Of a stretch of DNA of 64,000 bases, positions 48,561 to 62,345 are shown piece by piece. The stretch lies in the NCBI GenBank assembly GCA_964188305.1, contig OZ076901.1, one strand, 5' to 3'. Each line of letters starts with the position of its first letter. The first letter of the stretch is position 1. This DNA comes from Podarcis bocagei (taxonomy: Eukaryota). The notes under the pieces are model-generated. The model saw nothing but the letters and a program-made list of their open reading frames with translations, was not told the DNA's origin and searched no databases. Made by a program: the position numbers and the translations under genes.

Positions 48561-50909
48561 CAAGGTGCAACCCCAGAACCTTGTTGGGGGGTTGAACAGT
48601 GTGACGGATTGAAAAATAAACGGTTTAGTTCCCCTCGAGGGGGGCTGCCCTACGTGGATCCTAAAGTGCCATCTTGCTTCTCTTAGAACAATTTAAATGA
48701 ATAGGCTCTAATAGACCTGAGGAAAAGCCCCTTCTGAACATGGGCAGAGTGCATTTTTTGTTCACAAAGGCCACCACAGACTAGGCCTACAGAGGGCTCC
48801 TGTGGTTGTGTAGAGTGCACTCACCCCCACCAAAAGAAAGCATTTTTAAATGTAATTATTTTTCAAATCCAATGCAAAACATGTAAACCATTGCAGATTA
48901 AGGAAGTGGCACTTGTATACCATTTGCACAAAAACCTCAGCCTGAGGAAAGGCTAAAGAAGACATTCTGGTCCAGAACAAAAGTTTGTATAATCCATAAA
49001 TTTGGAAAGACATTGGATACCCTTCTGGTGTCATATTTGTTTGTAGATGTAATAATAGATGCCCAGCCAGCTGTAAATGCATGTTTTGTGTTTTTCTCCA
49101 GCCATGCACAATGTTTTCATACTTTTTTCAATTAAGGCAATTATCATACTGATGCCAGACTTAGTGTGGACACCCGATCTGCATAGCCACAGCAGTCCAC
49201 ACTATTAAACTAGTACAGTAAGTCAAAATGGCCCCTATTTGGCCCTTCTAAAATTTGCAGGTAGCTGCTGCAACAAAGAAGTATCATATTAAAGTCTTGC
49301 TTTGTAAATCTGTACTCTCCACTGTAATAAATTTAGTAAAAAGTATTTTTAAAACATCTAATTTTTTGATAATTTCCTCCCCACCTCCCAGAAGAACCCA
49401 TTTGTTTTTTAATACATGAAACAGGAAAAAAACAATGAACGTTTCCCCACTGGCTTTGCATCCAAGTTCTATACATGTGAATGAAACTCTGGCCAGAAAA
49501 ATTATAGCCAGCTGGCAACTAATTCTGAAATTGGGACAATATTGGTTTGGGAAATCAAGTTTTCTTTTTGGGTGACCCCCTGATAATCCACATTTCTAAA
49601 AAATAAAAAAAAAAACAACCAGTAAAAGCAATATTACTCCCATGAAATTAATTTTATTAGGAGAATATTGTATTATATTCAACAGGCTTACTTGGATGTA
49701 AATTCCATAGAGATCAATAGAATTGCCTGTCTTTACCAGGGAGCGAATTCCATTGAGCTCAGTAATACATTAAAGTAAGCATGTTTAGGATCAGGCAGTT
49801 GTTTTTGTAATACTTTCAGCCCAAGTGCTGTATAATTATAGTATAATTATTAGGATTATCCTATATAGTTTTATGATTATGTAGTGTGCTGGGTTGGGAA
49901 CATTTAATAGAAGAGCAGAGCATAATATATCATTTTTACCAGCAGAAAGTGCCCAACGTTGCTTGGGAATTATAAGAAACCAAAAATATCAGTACAGTTT
50001 TGAAACCAGTACATAAGAAATAGCCTGCTGAATGAGGCCCTTGGCACATTTAGTTCAGCATTCTGTTATCACAGTGGCCGAGATGCCTATGGGGAACAAG
50101 CAAGCAGAACATGAGCACGAGAGCCCTCTCCCTCCCTTGAAGGGGCAAAGTCCTCTGGGATGTTTGCCTGTACAAGCACCACTAACAGGAACCTGAGCTG
50201 TGCAAGAACATGGAAGAGTGTTTGCTAAGGTTACCAGATTTTTTTCAATGAATCCAGGGATACTTTTCAACTTCAATGGATTTTGTATGGGGACTGATTT
50301 GTAAATCTGGGGACTGTCACCGGGAAATGGGGACGTTTGGTAATCTTAGTGTTTGCACCATTTCCATTCTTGCGCATATCCCAGGGGACTATTCCCATGG
50401 ATCAGATCAGTCTTCCACTGTTTTTAATGGTGCCCAGAAACTTACACCCAGAGGCAATTCTCACAGTAGTGCCTGATCCTAAACGTTGTCTCATACCAGC
50501 TGAAGTGTTTGAAAAGGTGGTGGGCTCCATCTACCCGGTGCCATAGGAGCCAACTCCTAGGGGCCAAGGTCCCTTCGCCCCCCATAAAATATTTGAGGGG
50601 GCTGGAGCCCCCAAAGTTAATGGGCATTGCCATTCAAATGGTGTGTGTGTGTGTGTGTGGGTGTGTGTGTGTGTGTGTCACATCTTGTGATCAATGATGT
50701 GGGGTGGGGCTTACCTGTCCGTCTGTCCCCCAATATTGGATTTCACTGCTTTGCTGCACTGGGAAGTATTAAACATTGTGTATTGTTTTTGGATACCATC
50801 AAGCTGAAAGGCCACTTATAAATATTGTAGCAGACCAACTTACATTCACTTGAAAGATTTTAAAAGTAAACTGAATGTTTCTGTTGTCCTGTGAGCAGGT
50901 TAATTCAAG

Positions 50910-50915
50910 TTTATT
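50910..50915 (-). terminator. Probable MRPS17 polyadenylation signal AATAAA
   Basis: tttatt about 115 nt downstream of the TGA. Confidence 0.55.
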
Positions 50916-51028
50916 ATGAATCATGACAATTTCAGAAAGAACACATAAACATTGTGTTACATACAAGCTCATCCACAGAAGCACATGGAAAGTCTCAGAT
51001 TATGCTGCCTACCCTGTCCTCACCCCCA

Positions 51029-51319
51029 TCATTTATCTGAAGAAGAAACAGTTAATTCTTGGAGCTTTTCACTAAGGTAACTGGTATCTCTATCAGTCAG
51101 GTTTTCTGAGTCCGTTACACTTTCCAGTAGCCTACTGCCTGCACAAGGCTTCCCCGTCACTGGATCAATGATTTTCCCAACCTTGTACACAATCTCAGCC
51201 AGTTCGTGTTTCACATGCTTGCTCCTCCGTTCGGGCAAAGCTTTTAAGAGAACGATGTCTCCCTCAATGCACTGCTGCTGGGGGTCATGAGCAAAGTATG
51301 TTTTCCGCTTGTTATAGAA
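51029..51319 (-). CDS. MRPS17: MRPS17 (mitochondrial uS17m) last coding exon; total 137 aa
   Basis: [61 protein letters not shown]...*. Confidence 0.96.
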   Translation of the reverse strand, partial: FYNKRKTYFAHDPQQQCIEGDIVLLKALPERRSKHVKHELAEIVYKVGKIIDPVTGKPCAGSRLLESVTDSENLTDRDTSYLSEKLQELTVSSSDK

Positions 51320-51488
51320 CTGGGAGAAGAGAGGAAAGAGCACATGGATTATTCAGTGGTAGGCAAATGATTCAGAGAAACCTGAGTGCCGGCAAGACTG
51401 AACTGGGATAGAATTTAGCTGCTCAGCTCTAACATTGACTGAAGTTCTCCATCATACTGGTGTAACTCAACCCCAAAGGAAAGTTTAC

Positions 51489-51611
51489 CTTTAGCAAGTA
51501 AGGATCCAGCACCAGCCGCGTCACTCTCACTTTGGCTGTTTTACGCATTTTAGTCCCGATGACTTTCCCTATGATCCATTTTGCGTGGACAGCACCACGC
51601 AATGCAGACAT
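51489..51611 (-). CDS. MRPS17: MRPS17 first coding exon (123 nt CDS; acceptor at 51630-51631)
   Basis: [41 protein letters not shown]; GTAAAC donor. Confidence 0.96.
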
Positions 51612-52939
51612 GGCTCAGTTACGAACACCCTTAGAAGCAAGAACAAGGTATCATTTTAACAGCCAGTGGCAAAGTACAGCCAAGCCAACACACCTATTAT
51701 TATTTATAATAACAAGCCTACCTAGATATTTAGAATGCTGATTTTTTTTAGTTCATTACTGGTTTTAATTTTCTGAATGTTTTAATTGTTTTTAGTAATA
51801 ATTTTGTTGTTTTATTCTTTTTATAAACCTATCTATGGGGTTTTTTTAAACAATCAAACAGTAAATAAATTTCATGAAATAAACAAATGAAACAAATAAT
51901 AAATGTATCTGTTTGGCTTATTTCCTAACCTTCACCACCAAGTCCCAGGGCAGATCACAGCAATTAAAAATATATATTAAAAACACTTTAAATCTAAACA
52001 AAGAAACAGCATTTCTCCTTACATTCTAGCCGTAAGAAAGGCAGAGGAACACCCCAGGTTTGCTAGTCTTGAAAACCCAGGCTCCCCTAAGTATTAATGC
52101 TAGGTGCTAGTAAAAATGCTTCAAGCCCAGTGCACATCAACACCACACACTAAGTGAGAAAGCAGGACAAAATTATTGCTGTGGAAAAGCTGGTACTGCC
52201 AGTGTGTGATGCCTAGATCTTAATCATGAGAAAGGTGTGTTGCAGTACTTTAACTTGATGGCTGTGCTCCACTTCCACGGTCAGAGGCAGTGATGCTTCT
52301 GAATACCAGTTGCTGGAAACCACAAAAGGGGAGAGTGCTCTTATACTCAAATCCCGCTTGCGCGTTTCCCATAGCCACTGTAAGAACAGGATGCTGGACT
52401 AGATCCCACCCCCCACCCCCCGGTCTGATCCAGCAGGTTCTTTTATGTTGTTAACAGATTTATTGTGGTGTAAGATTTCAGACCTGGAGGGCCATGAACT
52501 TCCCGGCCTTTGATAAAGTATCTCACAAGCAGGGATGAGAAAATCCTTGTATGTCTGAGATCCTGGAAAACTGCTGGAGAATAGGTAATGCCACAAAATG
52601 ATGAACAACCTGACACTACATCCACTGTTTTGTTTTTTAAAAGTTATTGCAGCTGACAGTTTAGGGCTGCTGCATTGGCACACAGCTGTCTGTCAAATAT
52701 ATCCCCATTAAGTGATCTTGCTCCTGAAAACTTGGGGTGAAGTTACGCTTCCACCATAGGATGAAAAAAAGGTGAGAGGAAATTAGGGGGGTTGCAAGCG
52801 GACTGGATGAAGGAGCCCTCCTGCCTCCCAGAATTATAGGGGAGTTTAATTTTAGAGGAGCAGAGGCGGCCTTCCCCCTCCACATCCCTACGTGAATCTC
52901 CATTATATCGTCCACCTCTGCCTTTGTACCCCAACCAGG

Positions 52940-53260
52940 TCTCTGCCCCGCAGAGACAGTAAGGCTCCCCACTCCCGCGCCCTCCGCCCTATAAATCCGT
53001 TGGAAACTCTTACTGGGTCTCTGTCTCCAGGCTGGAAACGGGAGCCGGGGCCAAGAGAAGGAAAAGGCGGAGCCAGTAGCGGAAGTTCCGCGATAGCCCT
53101 TCTAGGAAAGGAGAGTGGTGTGTGTTTGTAGCCTCCGAGGCCCTTCTGGGATTTGCCTGCGTGGTTTAGCGGGTAAAGCACCGGCGTGGGGAGCAAGAGG
53201 ATTTTTGGTTCGAGGACCAAGCAGGGTTGACGCTAATAGCTACTTGTGTTCGGTCTCTAT
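52940..53260 (-). promoter_or_regulatory. Probable MRPS17 promoter and non-coding exon 1
   Basis: Local CpG enrichment; ETS/GABP CGGAAGT at 53080-53086; candidate donor CA|GTAAGA at 53012-53013. Confidence 0.55.
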
Positions 53261-53622
53261 TAATCAGCCGCATATTTTATTCTTCTTAGAGTTGCATTAG
53301 TTCATTTGACAGTAGAATCAGAAATAAAATAAAATTAAAATTGTCATTCTTCATAATGAAGAGGGATAGGCTCTGTATGTTGGATTTCTGTCTGTTCTGT
53401 GCGTTTTGGTTTTTTTTACAGCAGAGAAGTTGTGCCAGAGTGGAAGTGTTGGAAGAAATGACAAACGTTTATACAAAAATCACATCTATTTTAAGGTTGC
53501 TATGGCAGGATTTCCCTGCCTTTCAAAGTTCCACAACAGGCAGAAATATGACAAACACAGCATTGCCGGCGCAGAGTTTTCATATTCTGTCAGCTGGAGG
53601 TGCAGTGATAGGGAAAACAGTA

Positions 53623-53966
53623 AAAGGTAAAGGGATCCCTGACCGTTAGGTCCAGTCATGGCCGACTCTGGGGTTCCGGCGCTCATCTCGCTTTATTGGC
53701 TGAGGGAGCCAGCATACAGCTTCCGGGTCATGTGGCCAGCATGACTAAGCCGCTTCTGGCGAACCAGAGCAGCGCACGGTAACGCCGTTTACCTTCCCGC
53801 CAGAGCGGTACCTATTTATCTACTTGCACTTTGATGTGCTTTCAAACTGCTAGGTTGGCAGGAGCAGGGACCGAAGCAATGGGAGCTCAGCCCGTCACAG
53901 GGATTCGAAGAGCTGACCTTCTGATCGGCAAGTCCTAGGCTCTGTGGTTTAACCCACAGTGCATAC
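53623..53966 (-). mobile_element. Sauria SINE, near full length
   Basis: tRNA-derived head with B-box (TTCGAATCC on minus), characteristic body and (ACCTTT) tail. Confidence 0.9.
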
Positions 53967-54413
53967 CTGCAAAAAAGGGAAAGGAAATAAAGTAGCTGCC
54001 TTCCTGTTGACTTTCCCACCATCTTAAAAACACAACATTAAACTCACTGGCTGCTTAAAAGGTTAGAAATTAAATGACTGCAAAGGCCTGTCTGCATTTT
54101 TTAAATGCAGATTTATCATACTGTACCCCCCTTTGGTGGTTTTGTGTTGCAAAGTGCTTTTAAAATCCAAAAATAAATAAATAAAATATCCTCCAGCGTA
54201 TCAGAGGATATTTGGGGTGCCCTGATGTTCCATGGGGAGGGGTTCCATGGGGAGAACTCCTTGTGCCCCTGCACCCCCACTTGCCCATCAGGCATTGCTG
54301 GGTGTTCTACTAAATCTGCCCTCTACTATACTTTGCATTTTTCTTCTCCCACCCTGTTGACAAAATGGAGAGAGTGGTTGTTATTCTGGGTTGATATGCC
54401 AGAAAAAAATCAT

Positions 54414-54444
<31 letters not shown>

Positions 54445-54540
54445 TAATTCAAAGCCTTTGTACCTTGCTCTTCAGCCCAAAAAGTCTCCTAGAGTGGCTT
54501 ATATAACATCATTTAAACAAGACAGTCCCTGCCCACAGGC

Positions 54541-55187
54541 TTGTTGTTGTTGTTGTTTAGTCGTTTAGTCGTGTCCGACACTTCGTGACCCCATGGACCA
54601 GAGCACGCCAGGCACTCCTGTCTTCCACTGCCTCCCGCAGTTTGGTCAAACTCATGCTGGTAGCTTCGAGAACACTATCCAACCATCTCGTCCTCTGTCG
54701 TCCCCTTCTAATTGTGCCTTCCATCTTTCCGAACATCAGGGTCTTTTTCAGGGAGTCTTCTCTTCTCATGAGGTGGCCAAAGTATTGGAGCCTCAGCTTC
54801 AGGATCTGTCCTTCCAGTGAGCACTCAGGGCTGATTTCCTTAAGAATGGAGAGGTTTGATCTTCTTGCAGTCCATGGGACTCTCAAGAGTCTCCTCCAGC
54901 ACCAGAATTCAAAAGCATCAATTCTTCAGTGATCAGCCTTCTTTACGGTCCAGCTCTCACTTCTGTACATCACTACTGGGAAAACCATAGCTTTAACTAT
55001 ATGGACCTTTGTTGGCAAGGTGATGTCTCTGCTTTTTAAGACGCTGTCTAGGTTTGTCATTGCTTTTCTCCCAAGAAGCAGGCGTCTTTTAATTTTGTGG
55101 CTGCTGTCACCATCTGCAGTGATCATGGAGCCCAAGAAAGTAAAATCTCCCACTGCCTCCATTTCTTCCCCTTCTATTTGCCAGGAG
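54541..55187 (-). mobile_element. BovB (RTE) LINE 3' fragment
   Basis: DFTFLGSMITADGDSSHKIKRRLLLGRKAM...MRVPWTARRSNLSILKEISPECSLEG; (CAA)n tail. Confidence 0.92.
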
Positions 55188-56337
55188 GAAAGAGGGGGGA
55201 AACAACCCCAGGTTCCAGTTCTTAAACAATTGTTCCTGTAATGACCACGGTGCATATTGCGTAGGAAATGCCTGCTGCAGCTGGTCTTTTAACAGAGCTG
55301 ATGTAGAGAGCCCTGCTTCCCATCTCTCCCCCTGGTGGAATTTTAACAATCTGCATCAATGTGTCAGTAAATGGTCTTGATGGTTGTTTTACATGTGTGT
55401 GTTTTTTGTAATGAAATGTTTATGATCTATTGTAATTCTATTACATTTTTGTGCACCTTTATATAATTGGATGTTTTGTATACAATTTGTTTTTTTGTAG
55501 TTCTTACGTCATTTTCTTTATGTGCATATTTATTTAATTACATAACTTAAAATGTGGGCTTCTGATTGTAATTATTAGTAGCCGTTGGTTTTGAATGTGG
55601 AAATTGTGCTGTGTTTCTTTTATTGAATTACTGTACTTTTTGCTGGGATTTGTAAATTGTTTAGAGATTTATTTTGAAATATGAAGTGGTACGTAAATTG
55701 ACTAGCTGAAAAATTAAATCTGTCAACAGGAGCACAAAATGAGCCTCTCAGGGCACACTCCTCATGGAGCCCTAATTTATTGTTTTTTCATTAGCTATAT
55801 TTTTTATGGCAGCCCTGTATCATGTGTTCAATGGGTGACTCACAATTTTTTAATGCTATAAAATACAGGACTGCTACTATTATTTATTTGATTTGTCATT
55901 TGATTACTACAAAAAAGTCTCCAAGTGGTTTACAGAAAAAGGCACTGCCTTGGTGACTAGCAGTGCCTTATTTCAGCTCCAGCTGGTTTTGCCACCAATG
56001 ACGGCTTTGGGACAAAGATGACTTGGCCACTGTACTCCATGGTCTGCTAGCTTCCAGATTTGCTTATTGCAATGTGCTCTATGTGCGGCTGCCCTTGAAG
56101 ACAACTTGGAAACTTCAGTTGGTCCATAATGCAGGCGCAGCAGACACATTACTGGCTGGGGTTCCATTTAGATCTCATATACAACCCCTGTTTTAAAACA
56201 GCTTGTTTCCAGGCCCAATTCAAGGTCTCATATTGGTCTTTAAAGCTTTAAATGACTCAAGCCCCAAATATCTGAAAGACCACCTTCTTCCCTAAAGACT
56301 CTCGTAGGTGCTGAGATTTGCAGAGGGGCCTTCTTGG

Positions 56338-56339
<2 letters not shown>

Positions 56340-56388
<49 letters not shown>

Positions 56389-57305
56389 TATTTATTTATA
56401 CCCTGCCCATCTGGCTGAGTTTCCCCAGCCACTCTGGGTGGCTCCCAATCAAGTGTTAAAAACAGTACAACATTAAATATTAAAAACTTCCTTGAACAGG
56501 GCTGCCTTCAGATGTCTTTTAAAGATAGGATAGCTGTTTATTTCCTTCACATCTGAAGGGAGGGTGTTCCACAGGGTGGGCCCACTACCGAGAAGGCCCT
56601 CTGTCTGGTTCCCTGTAACCTCACTTCTCGCAATGAGGGAACCGCCAGAAGGCCCTCGGCACTGGATCTCAGTGTCCGGGCTGAATGATGGGGGTGGAGA
56701 CGCTCCTTCAGGTATACAGGACTGAGGCCGCTTAGGGGGTTTAAAGGTCAGCACCAACACTTTGAATTGTGCTCGGAAACGTACTGGGAGCCAATGCAGA
56801 TCTTTCAGGACCAGTGTTATGTGGTCCTGGCAGCCACTCCCAGTCACCAGTCTAGCTGCCGCATTCTGGATTAATTGCAGTTTCCGGGTCACCTTCAAAG
56901 GTAGCCCCACATAGAGCGCATTGCAGTAGTCCAAGTGGGAGATAACTAGAGCATGCACCACTCTGACAAGACAGTCTGCGGGCAGGTAGGGTCTTAGTTT
57001 GCATACCAGGTGGAGCTGGTAGGCGGCCGCCCTGGACACAGAATTAACCTGTGCCTCCATGGACAGCTGTGAGTCCAAAATGACTCCCAGGCTGCGCACC
57101 TGGTCCTTCAGGGGCACAGTTACCCCATTCAGGACCGGGGAATCCCCCACACTCGCCCCCCTGTCCCCCCAAAACAGTACTTGTCAGGATTCAACCTCAA
57201 TCTGTTAGCTGCCATCCATCCTCCAACCGCCTCCAGGCACTCACACAGGACCTTCACTGCCTTCGCTGGTTCTGATTTAAGGGAGAGGTAGAGCTGGGTG
57301 TCATC
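56340..57305 (-). mobile_element. L2 LINE 3' fragment, inserted beside an older L2 remnant (~55940-56340, +)
   Basis: VRSLGVILDSQLSMEAQV...LDYCNALYVGLP; (TAA)n tail. Confidence 0.9.
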
Positions 57306-57895
57306 ACTCCACCCTCAGAAGCTCAAGGAGAGGGCCTTCTCTGTGGCAGCTCCTACGTTGTGGAACTCCCCTCCCCAAAGATTTCATTATAGAGCTTCCA
57401 GTGAATGCTGAAGATGGCCCTCTCTATCCTGGTTTTTGACACTGGAGGTGTATGTTTTCAGGACCCACCTTATTTTTATGGTTGCAAGCTGTTGTAAATT
57501 TTTTTTATTACTGCAACCCATCCTGGGACTTGTGGGCACCGTTGGTCCCTTCTCGGGCAAATAATGTGTGCGAGTTCAACCTTTGCATGTGCCCACCCAC
57601 TCTCCTCTTCCCTCAGGGAATGTTTGATCAAGACAGAACATGCCACCTTTTAGATAAGTGTGTCTTCCTCCAGAAATTTAATCACTGAGGAATCTGTGAT
57701 AAGCCTCCAAGGCGCCTCGGGATGCAACTTCATTTGAAAATCTACTGCTTTAAAGAACTGAGTTTTTAATTAAACACAAACATTGGAAACTCAGTTCCGG
57801 CAGCTCTCAGGTGGGCGTCATTGCCGTGATAAGAGAACAAGGGAGGTGTTCATGGTGAGTTCTGGCACCACTTCTTCTAGAAAAATGGCACTGTA

Positions 57896-58143
57896 CAGTG
57901 GTACCTCGGGTTAAGAACTTAATTCGTTCCGGAGGTCTGTTCTTAACCTGAAACTGTTCTTAACCTGAAGCACCGCTTTAGCTAATGGGGCCTCCTCCTG
58001 CTACTGCTGCTGTGCCGCCGGAACCCGATTTCTGTTCTTATCCTGAAGCAAAGTTCTTAACCTGAAGCACTATTTCTGGGTTAGCGGAGTCTGTAACCTG
58101 AAGCATATGTAACCTGAAGCGTATGTAACCCGAGGTACCACTG
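57896..58143. mobile_element. Tigger-like MITE, same family as 7261-7502 in opposite orientation
   Basis: TIRs CAGTGGTACCTCGGGTTA; TA TSD. Confidence 0.85.
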
Positions 58144-61100
58144 TATAAGAATATAAGAAGAGCCTGCTGGATCAGGCCAATGGCACCTCTAGTCTAGCAT
58201 CCTGTTAGCCAACCAGATGCCCTTAATGGGAAACCTCCAATCAGGATTGCAGCACAAGAACACCCCCTGTTGTTTCCAGCATTGCTGCCTCCAGCTGTTG
58301 AGGCAGAGCAAAGCCATCCTGCCTAGTAGTCATTGATAGCCTTGTTGCCCTCCATGAATTTGCCCAATCCCTATTTTAAAGCCATCTAGGTTGATAGCCA
58401 CCACTGCCTCCTGGGGGAGCGAGTTCCATAGTTTAACTATGCTCTGTGAACTTCCTTTATATATTGATCACTGGCTTCGTCCATCTTCATCTTTCTTTCA
58501 CACGACAACTCTGTCAGGTGGTGAATACAGCAAAGAGTCTTGAGGCACCTCAAAGCCTAACAAATGCATTACACAACATGAGCGTTCCTGAGCCAGGAGG
58601 ACATCAGAAAAGGACAAACAGGACAAAGGAAGTTGCCTTACACTGAGTCAGACCATCTAGCTCAGTGCTGGAATCGGCCCTCCAAAATTTGAGGACATTC
58701 CCAGCCCTACTGAGAGATGGAACCCAGGACTTTCCGCTGCCTTATTCTGATCCATTCTGTACAGTTTCAGACCCCGCCCCCCGCAAAGTGCCAAACAGCC
58801 AAAGAATACCAGATACAGTACTACTGTGCAAAGTGCAACAAGATTGCTGCTGCTGCTGCTGCTGTTGTTGTTGTTGTTATTTTTGCACTATCGATGCACA
58901 CGACACTTCACACAGTAGAAGAGGACAGATCTCTGCCCCAAGGACCTTCCACATTTCCCATGAGAGGAGTGGGATGGACAAAATACACATTTATTTCAGT
59001 CATTCATATTTTCCGGTCAGGCTAAGGAAGATAGCCAGTGTCCAAGCTGAATCTCTAGTGGCAGAGTGTTCCACAGGACTGGGCTAATGACATTAAGGCT
59101 CCACTCCTAGTTGTTGTCAAATGACCCTTGCCAACTCAGGGAACGACCCATGACACTCCTTCAGAATATCTTGCTGACCAGGCTGGGATGTAAGGATTCA
59201 GGCGATCCCTGGAACTAATTTGTTAATGGCTTTGTAAATTAATACTGTAATAGGACCTTAAACCTGGCTCAGTAGCATTCTGCAGCAGCTTGGGCTTGCA
59301 AACCAGGCCTAAGGACCACCCCACCTACACCACATTGCAGTAATCCAGCCTTGAGGCTAGCAACACATGGACCACAGTGGTACCAAAGAGAGTGTCAAAA
59401 AATAGCAAGCTTTTGAGATCTGCAGAGCTCTTCATCACGTAAGACCCTACACAGGGTGCAAAGAGAGTAGAGGAAAAATAATATTAATGTTCTCCCTTTC
59501 TACCTCCTGCTTTATGTAACCTGACGAAGAACTCTGCAGAACTTGAAAGCTTACGCATCGTCTTCTGATGTTTTGGTTAATACAGTATAATGGTGAAATT
59601 GATTTCTCCACCGCACAAATGCACTGGATCCCAGCGGGTTATGGTGAGAGGTTGCTGTTTTTCTCTCCCTGCAGTGTCTGCTGTTTAGAAATCCCCAGCG
59701 CGGGAGGAGGAGGAGTCTCGCAGGCATCCAGGCAGGAAACGGCTCGACGTCTTTTGCCATCACCTGGGAAAGTAAATTCTTCGCTTTCTCCCCGGCAGCT
59801 GAGCTGACATGCTCCAGCGTGGAGGAGACAAAGGGAAGGGAAGCCCCTTGCTAGATCAGCCGCTGGCTATGATTTTTGCACCGTGGTGATGTGAACGTGG
59901 GCTGTGCAAAATGCAACCTTTAGAATAAATAAACAAACAAATGCTTCTTTTATTTTTTTAAAAAAGCATTGATTCCGAGAAGAAATTCAGAATCCAGTTT
60001 GACTCTCCTGCTGTGGAATTGCAGCCTCCAGGAATAACAAGAGAGAGAGGTAAGGAAGCGGCTGTTTGGATCTGGGAAGTCATTCAAACCGCTAAATTGT
60101 TTGCAAATCCTTGTCATTGAATCAAAGCAAGGCGGAAAGGAAAAGAAAAAGATAAAAATTTAAGAAGCAACATAATAAAAGGTGTAGAGGGGTGTGTGAG
60201 AAATCATGTATTTTTCAGCGTGTGATTTATGCATTTTAAAAAATGTGTTTGGTTCCAGTTTAATCCTGTCCACGTCTACTTTAAAGTAAGCCTCATAGAT
60301 TTCTATGGGTCTAAGTCCCCAGCTGAGCATGTCTAGGATGGCAGAGGGCTGGATTTCTCTGTGTTGAATGCAGGCAGTGACCAGCAATGCAGGGGGACAA
60401 GGAAATAAGTGAGGGAAGTCTAGCTGTGAAAGAGGCTGGTCACTGTATTAATTTATTTAAAATATTTATTACCCGCTCTTCATTGAAGGATTTCGGGGTG
60501 GTGAACAGAACCTGGGAATAGAATCCACATGCCATAGAAATGCAACTGGTACTCCAGCAAGAAAACGTGGCAAAACCAAAATCTGCCTTACAAAATCACA
60601 ATAAAACAATAAAACACATTTATTTATTTATTATAAAATAAATAAAACTAAAAAGCACCTTCAGATGCTTTGAACTACAACTACTGTTGGTCCTTGCAAC
60701 ATTTAGATCTTCAATATCTATTCTGCTAATGCAAAATATAAAAAAAATATATATCACACGTTGCATGTTCCCTCTCTTTGCATTAACACTCCCCCCTCCC
60801 CTGTGTTCTGGGTATTGGATGTGCTTGCACTGGTAGTATTGCCGCTGCAGCAAGTCTATTGCCAACCTGGTGTCATCCAGTTGCTTTGAACTACAACTCC
60901 CATCAGCCCTTGCAGCCAGAAAAGCCATGGAAACTGGCAGCCACCGCACCTGGAGGGCACCACATTGGCTATCCTTGTTCCATTGCAAGCAAAGGCTGCT
61001 CCATTAGAGTGAACAGGGCACTTCCTTACCAGTCTCAGTCTGCCCTCAGCCTACCTCCTGCCTGCTTTCCTACTTACACCCAGCCCAGGAGGTGGCAGGA

Positions 61101-61419
61101 CAACTGTGAAGGACTAGCTGAACCTTATGGCTAGTAGCCGTCAATAGCCCTCCATGTAACCTTCCTCCAGTCTCAGCATTTCCCCTGTAGAACTCAGCAG
61201 GGAGGAGGATGGGGACAAAACTAGGTTTAGTTGGCTTTGTCTGTTGTTGGTTTTGGCTCTACCTCCTGTTTGACTCCCTGCCTTAGGTCCCACCAACTCT
61301 CACTGGGTACCAGACATCACTGTTCACTGCTTGCAGAGTTGGAAGGGACCAGGAATCTTGGCCCAACGTGGCCTCATGCTGTACCAACTGAGCTGAGGAG
61401 TTTATCCTTATCCTGAAAT

Positions 61420-61582
61420 AAAGGTAAAGGGACCCCTGACCATTAGGTCCAGTTGTGGCCGACTCTGGGGTTGCGGCACTCATCTCGCTTTATTGGCCAA
61501 GGGAGCGGGGATTCGAACTCCCGACTTTCTGATCGGCAAGTCTTAGGTTCTGTGGTTTAACCCACAGCACCACCCGTGTCCC
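61420..61582 (-). mobile_element. Sauria SINE with internal deletion
   Basis: Head and tail joined without the central body. Confidence 0.8.
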
Positions 61583-61711
61583 TATCCTGAGATAGCTGTT
61601 CCTAAATTGCCCTTGGGAGGTCCAGTCCCCAGTGCCCTAGGGATGCTTGAAGGAGATAGATTGTTTACAGCTCTGCAATAATGTGTCATCTCCCCACCCC
61701 CAAATAATAGT

Positions 61712-62037
61712 TAAACCACAGAGCCTAGGGCTTGCTGATCAGAAGGTCAGCAGTTCGAATCCCCGCGACGGGGTGAGCTCCCGCTGCTTGGTCCCTGCTC
61801 CTGCCAACCTAGCAGTTCAAAAGCATGTCAAAGTGCAACTAGATAAATAGGTACCGCTCCGGCGGGAAGGTAAACGGCGTTTCTGTGTGCTGCTCTGGTT
61901 CGCCAGAAGTGGCTTAGTCATGCTGGCCACATGACCCGGAAGCTGTACGCCGGCTCCCTCGGCCAATAAAGCAAGATGAGCGCTGCAACCCCAGAGTCGG
62001 CCAAGACTGGACCTAATGGTTAGGGGGTCCCTTTACC
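61712..62037 (+). mobile_element. Sauria SINE
   Basis: Reverse complement of the 53623-53966 family. Confidence 0.9.
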
Positions 62038-62345
62038 TAATTCATGTTCATAGTTTGGTCGATGTTATTTATGTTCTGATTTTCAAACTTGTTTTTAACC
62101 TTGGCTTTTGCTGGCAATTGTAACAATGCATTTTCACAAGGACTTCCCCCCCAACAAACAAACAAACAAACAACCCTCAAAGTGATTTGGAAATGAGGAG
62201 AACTGATTTTAAGACTAGGACAATGAAAATGGGGAAAACTGACAGGTTTGCCCAACTTTAGTGGCAACAAGCGACTGGTGATGGGGATAACAGCCATGTC
62301 TCCCTCAGCCCTTGAACTCCTTTGGCAAAGGCTTTGACAAAAATA

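Noticed and set aside
58846-58878. Poly-Cys/poly-Ala ORFs (58665-59087, 58717-59025)
   Set aside because: Explained by a (TGC)n(TGT)n microsatellite; no splice or homology support
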